A DNA stretch of 64,000 bases, from the NCBI GenBank assembly GCA_030390025.1, contig CM059432.1:77936001-78000000 (forward strand), in the 5' to 3' direction. Origin of the DNA: Squalus acanthias (lineage: Eukaryota). Of this stretch, positions 60,160-64,000 are shown in pieces. Within the stretch, counting starts at the first letter, position 1; each line of letters starts with the position of its first letter. The notes under the pieces are model-generated. The model ran no database searches and was not told where the DNA came from. It was given only the letters and a program-made list of their open reading frames with translations. A program made the position numbers and the translations under genes.

Positions 60160-62120
60160 CAGTAGTGAGAAATGATCTTGGCTCGGAAGATCAAGATGTA
60201 GAATCAGTTTGGGTGGAGATAAGAAATAGTAAGGGAAAGAAGGCACTGGTGGGAGTAGTCTATAGGGCCCCCTAACAGTAGCTACACTGTAGGACAAAGT
60301 ATAAATCAAGAAATAATGGGGGCTTGTAAGAAAGGTACTGCAATAATCATGGGCGATTTTAATCTTCATATAGATTGGACAAATCAAATTGGCAAAGGTA
60401 GCCTTGAGGACAAGCTCATAAGAGTGTATTCAGGACGGTTTCTTAGAACAATACGTTGTGGAACCAACCAGGGAACAGGTTGTTTTAGATCTGGTAATGT
60501 GTAATGAGACAGGATTAATTAATGATCTCATAGTAAAGGATCCTCTAGGAAAGATTGATCATAACATGATAGAATTTCACATTCAGTTTGAGGGTGAGAA
60601 AGTGGATGCATTGGTTGTAATCTTCCAAAATTCCCTAGATTCTGGAAAGGTCCCAGCGGATTGGAAAACCGCAAATGTAATGCCCCTATTCAAGAAAAGA
60701 GGGAGACAGAAAGCAGGAAACTACAGGCCAGTTAGACTAACATCTGTCATTGGGAAAATGCTGAGATCCATTATTAAGGGAGTAGTAGCAGGACATTTAG
60801 AAAATCATAATACAATCAAGCAGAGTCAACATGGTTTTATGAAAGGAAAATCGTGTTTGACAAATTTATTAGAGTTCTTTGAGGATGTAACGAGCAGGGT
60901 GGATCAAGGGGAACCAGTAGATGTAGTGTATTTGGATTTCCAAAAGGCATTCGATAAGGTGCTACATAAAAGGTTACTGCACAAGATAAGAGCTCACAGT
61001 GCTGGGGGTAATATATTAGCATGGATAGAGGATTGGCTAACTAACAGAAAACAGAGAGTCGGGATAAATGGGTCATTTTCAGGTTGGCAAACTGTAACTA
61101 GTGGGGTGCCATAAGGATCAGTGCTGGGGCCTCAATTATTTACAATCTATATTAATGACTTGGATGAAGGGACCGAGTGTACTGTCGCCAAATTTGCTGA
61201 CGATACAAAGATAGGTGGGAAAGCAATTTGTGAGGAGGACACAAAGAGTCTGCAAAGGGATATAGATAGGTTAAGTGAGTGGCCAAAAAATTGGCAGATG
61301 GATATAATGTGGAAAAATGTGAGGTTATCCACTTTGGTAGGAAGAATAGAAAAGCAAAATATTATTTAAATGGAGAGAGACTACAGAATGCTGCGGTACA
61401 GAAGGATCTGGGCGTCCTCAAACTTGAAACACAAAAATCTAGCATGCAGGTACAGCAAGTAATTAGGAAGGCAAATGGAATGTTGGCCTTTATTGCAAAG
61501 GGGGATGGAGTATAAAAGTAGGGAAGTCTTGCTACAACTGTACAGGGCGTTGGTGAGACCACAACTGGAGTACTACGTACAGTTTTGGTCTCCTTATTTA
61601 AGGAGGGATATACTTGCATTGGAGGCAGTTCAGAGAAGGCTCACTAGGTTGATTCCTGAGATGAAAGGGTTGTCTTATGAGGAAAGGTTGAGCCTATACT
61701 CATTGGAGTTTAGAAGAATGAGAGGTGATCTTATTGAAACATATAAGATTCTGAGGGGGCTTGACAGGGTAGATGCTGAGAGGATGTTCCCCCTCGTGGG
61801 GAAATCGAGAACTAGGGAGCATAGTTTCAGGATAAGGGGTCGCCCATTTAAGACGGAGATGAGGAGGAATTCTTCTCTCAAAGGGTCGTGAATCTTTGGA
61901 ATTCTGTATCCCAGAGAGCTGTGGAGGCAGAGTCAGTGAATATATTCAAGGCGGAGATAGACAGATATTGGAGCTACAGGGGAGTCAAGGGGAACAGGCA
62001 GGAAAGTGGAGTTGAGGCCAAGATCAGATCAGCCATGATCTTATTGAATGGCGGAGCAGGCTCAAGGGGCCAAATGGCCTACTCCTGCTCCTATTTCTTA
62101 TGTTCTTACGTTCTTATGTA
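60160..62120 (+). mobile_element. CR1 ORF2 to 3' tail, with internal deletion at about 60600
   Basis: MGDFN, IDHNMIEF fused directly to VDALVVIFQ, KFADDT, (TTATGTTC)n tail. Confidence 0.92.
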
Positions 62121-62523
62121 CCACCTTTCCCAAGACTCACCTAAAGAGATGGTTCAACAGTGCAAGAATGCTGTGTCAGCTCCAGTCAAACTAATAGAGA
62201 CACCACCACCCCAGAATCCACTGAGCATAACTGCTTTGCAAGTGCTTAGACACATGACACCAACCCTCAGCCTCTTAGACTTGCACCAGTAAGTAGATAC
62301 AACATATGCAGCTTGATAAAATTGCCAGCACATAGCAAGTACTCTAGCCGCCCCCAAAATTCAAAGCACCACTGAACATTACATATAATATAATGCTGTG
62401 TGTCCAACTTAACCTGGTATTTACTGCATTTCACTTGTGACACTAATTAAGTGTAGCATAGCTGGTAGCTACAGGGGATGCAGCCACTAACATCTGCTCT
62501 TTATAGTTCCAGGCTAACTCAGT

Positions 62524-63210
62524 GGGCCTGAAATTACGGTGCCGATGGCAGCGTACGCTGTTGGAAGCCTTGTAAAAGGCCACGCAAGTTCCGGGTTTCC
62601 GTACGCGCTGCGCATGCGCGGAAATCCGGAACTTGCAATCGGTCAAGGTTCACTGGCGCAGAGTTGGGCTCTACTGCCCAGCAAATGCCCACAAAACCCT
62701 TACTCCTGGTAAAAGCAGGTGTAGGGCCTGCTTTTACCAGCGTAAGGGTTAAAATAAATGTTAAATAAAATTTTTTAAATGATTAAAACATACAAAAACA
62801 TTTAAAATTAGTTTATGTAAATTTTGGCCCAGATTAAAATGTTTAAAATTAAATTTTTATTTTAAATGCTTAATTAAAGGGACTTTTAATAAATTTTGGA
62901 CATGGGAACATTATTTTTATTTCAGTTGTGTTACTTATTTATTTATTTGGAGATTTCTTATAAGCTTTGGGGATTCCATTCGTAAATGGAATTCCCATAA
63001 GCTTATGAGGAATCCCCCTTTCTAATTGTTTGGCTTGGCCTACGTGATAGCAGGGACGCTTCCAAACCGCCTGTGTCCCTGGGTCTTTACGCAGGCATAC
63101 GCCTGGAGGCTCAGGACCCGAAGACTCCGAAGCCCAGGAGCTAGCAGGTAGGTTCGGATCAGGTCGGAGGCCTACTCCGGAGGTACGCCTCCGACCACAA
63201 ATTTCGCCCC
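62524..63210. mobile_element. PIF/Harbinger-like MITE with multiple internal hairpins
   Basis: Imperfect TIRs GGGCCTGAAATT / AATTTCGCCCC; flanks AGT/ATT; CpG-rich. Confidence 0.75.
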
Positions 63211-63540
63211 ATTGTTTAATAGCTTCCAAACAATACAAACAGTGGATTAATTTTCTGAAATTCTTAGTTTTGTCTTCGTATTGTTGCACACAGCCTTACA
63301 TATATATCTACATAATGAGACCATACTTCAGTTTATATTTATCTACAACAAGAAAAGATATGGAGTTGTGATTTTCCTGATCCGAAAGCAACTTAATCTT
63401 TGTGAAGAATTTAAGAGTAATACTTAGTGATAGTCAATGAGACACTGGTACAGTTCACTAACCTGCAACAGAGACCAAAGCGATCCAATTGTCTTATTTC
63501 AGGTTCGGGATCTTGATTACAAATTATCGTAAGAGTATAA

Positions 63541-64000
63541 GAACAGTTCCCATGGATTGGAGGGTAGCTAATGTAACCCCACTATTTAAAAAAGGTGGTA
63601 GAGAGAAAACAGGGAATTATAGACCAGTAAACCTGACATCGGTAGTGGGGAAAATGCTAGAGTCCATTACAAAAGATGTAATAGCAGAGCACTTGGAAAA
63701 CAGTGACAGGATCGGACAAAGTCAACATGCATTTACAAAAGGTAAATCATGCTTGACTAATCTACTGGAATTTTTTGAGGATGTAACTAGTAGAATAGAT
63801 AAGGGAGAACCAGTGGATGTGGTGTATTTGGACTTTCAGAAGGCTTTCGATAAGGTCCCGCATAAGAGATTAGCGTGCAAAGTTAATGCACATGGGATTG
63901 GGAGTAAGGTACTGGCTTGGATAGAGAACTGGTTGGCAGACAGGAAGCAAAGAGTTGGAATAAACAGGTCTTTTTCCGAGTGGCAGGCAGTGACTAGTGG
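63541..64000 (+). mobile_element. CR1 RT fragment, runs off the window
   Basis: DWRVANVTPLFKKG..NYRPVNL..KSCLTNLLEFF..DFQKAFDKVPH. Confidence 0.9.

Noticed and set aside
60458..61114. 218-aa fused APE-RT ORF as a spliced or novel product
   Set aside because: It is an internal deletion of a CR1 copy; the junction does not look like GT-AG splicing and the rest of the copy is disrupted.

Overview
Eukaryotic, repeat-dominated DNA, most likely from a cartilaginous fish (shark); this is inferred from the repeat families (Deu-domain SINE resembling SacSINE1, abundant CR1, L2 and Penelope-like elements). Nearly every ORF in the supplied track is a decayed piece of CR1 or L2 ORF1/ORF2, or its antisense shadow. 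I found no intact, nameable host gene, no rRNA or real tRNA and no CRISPR array; a few short candidate exons are listed at low confidence. The window holds two near full-length CR1 LINEs (17023-22503, 27261-31614) and two partial ones that retain ORF1, a Penelope-like element split twice by CR1 insertions, several PIF/Harbinger-like hairpin-rich MITEs, and a young pogo/Tigger-like MITE with perfect 26-bp TIRs. Best leads: (1) a U_UUA_AAC -1 frameshift heptamer directly before the ORF1 stop in all four CR1 copies that keep this junction, with the -1 frame open into the ORF2 endonuclease in the two best copies; (2) minimal hammerhead ribozyme motifs in the Penelope termini, including a 135-bp solo unit with a 9-bp TSD; (3) two perfect local inverted duplications (52 bp and 65 bp); (4) a 12.5 x 61-bp array forming a CR1 5' end. 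Family names come from motif recognition, not database searches, and boundaries of decayed elements are approximate.
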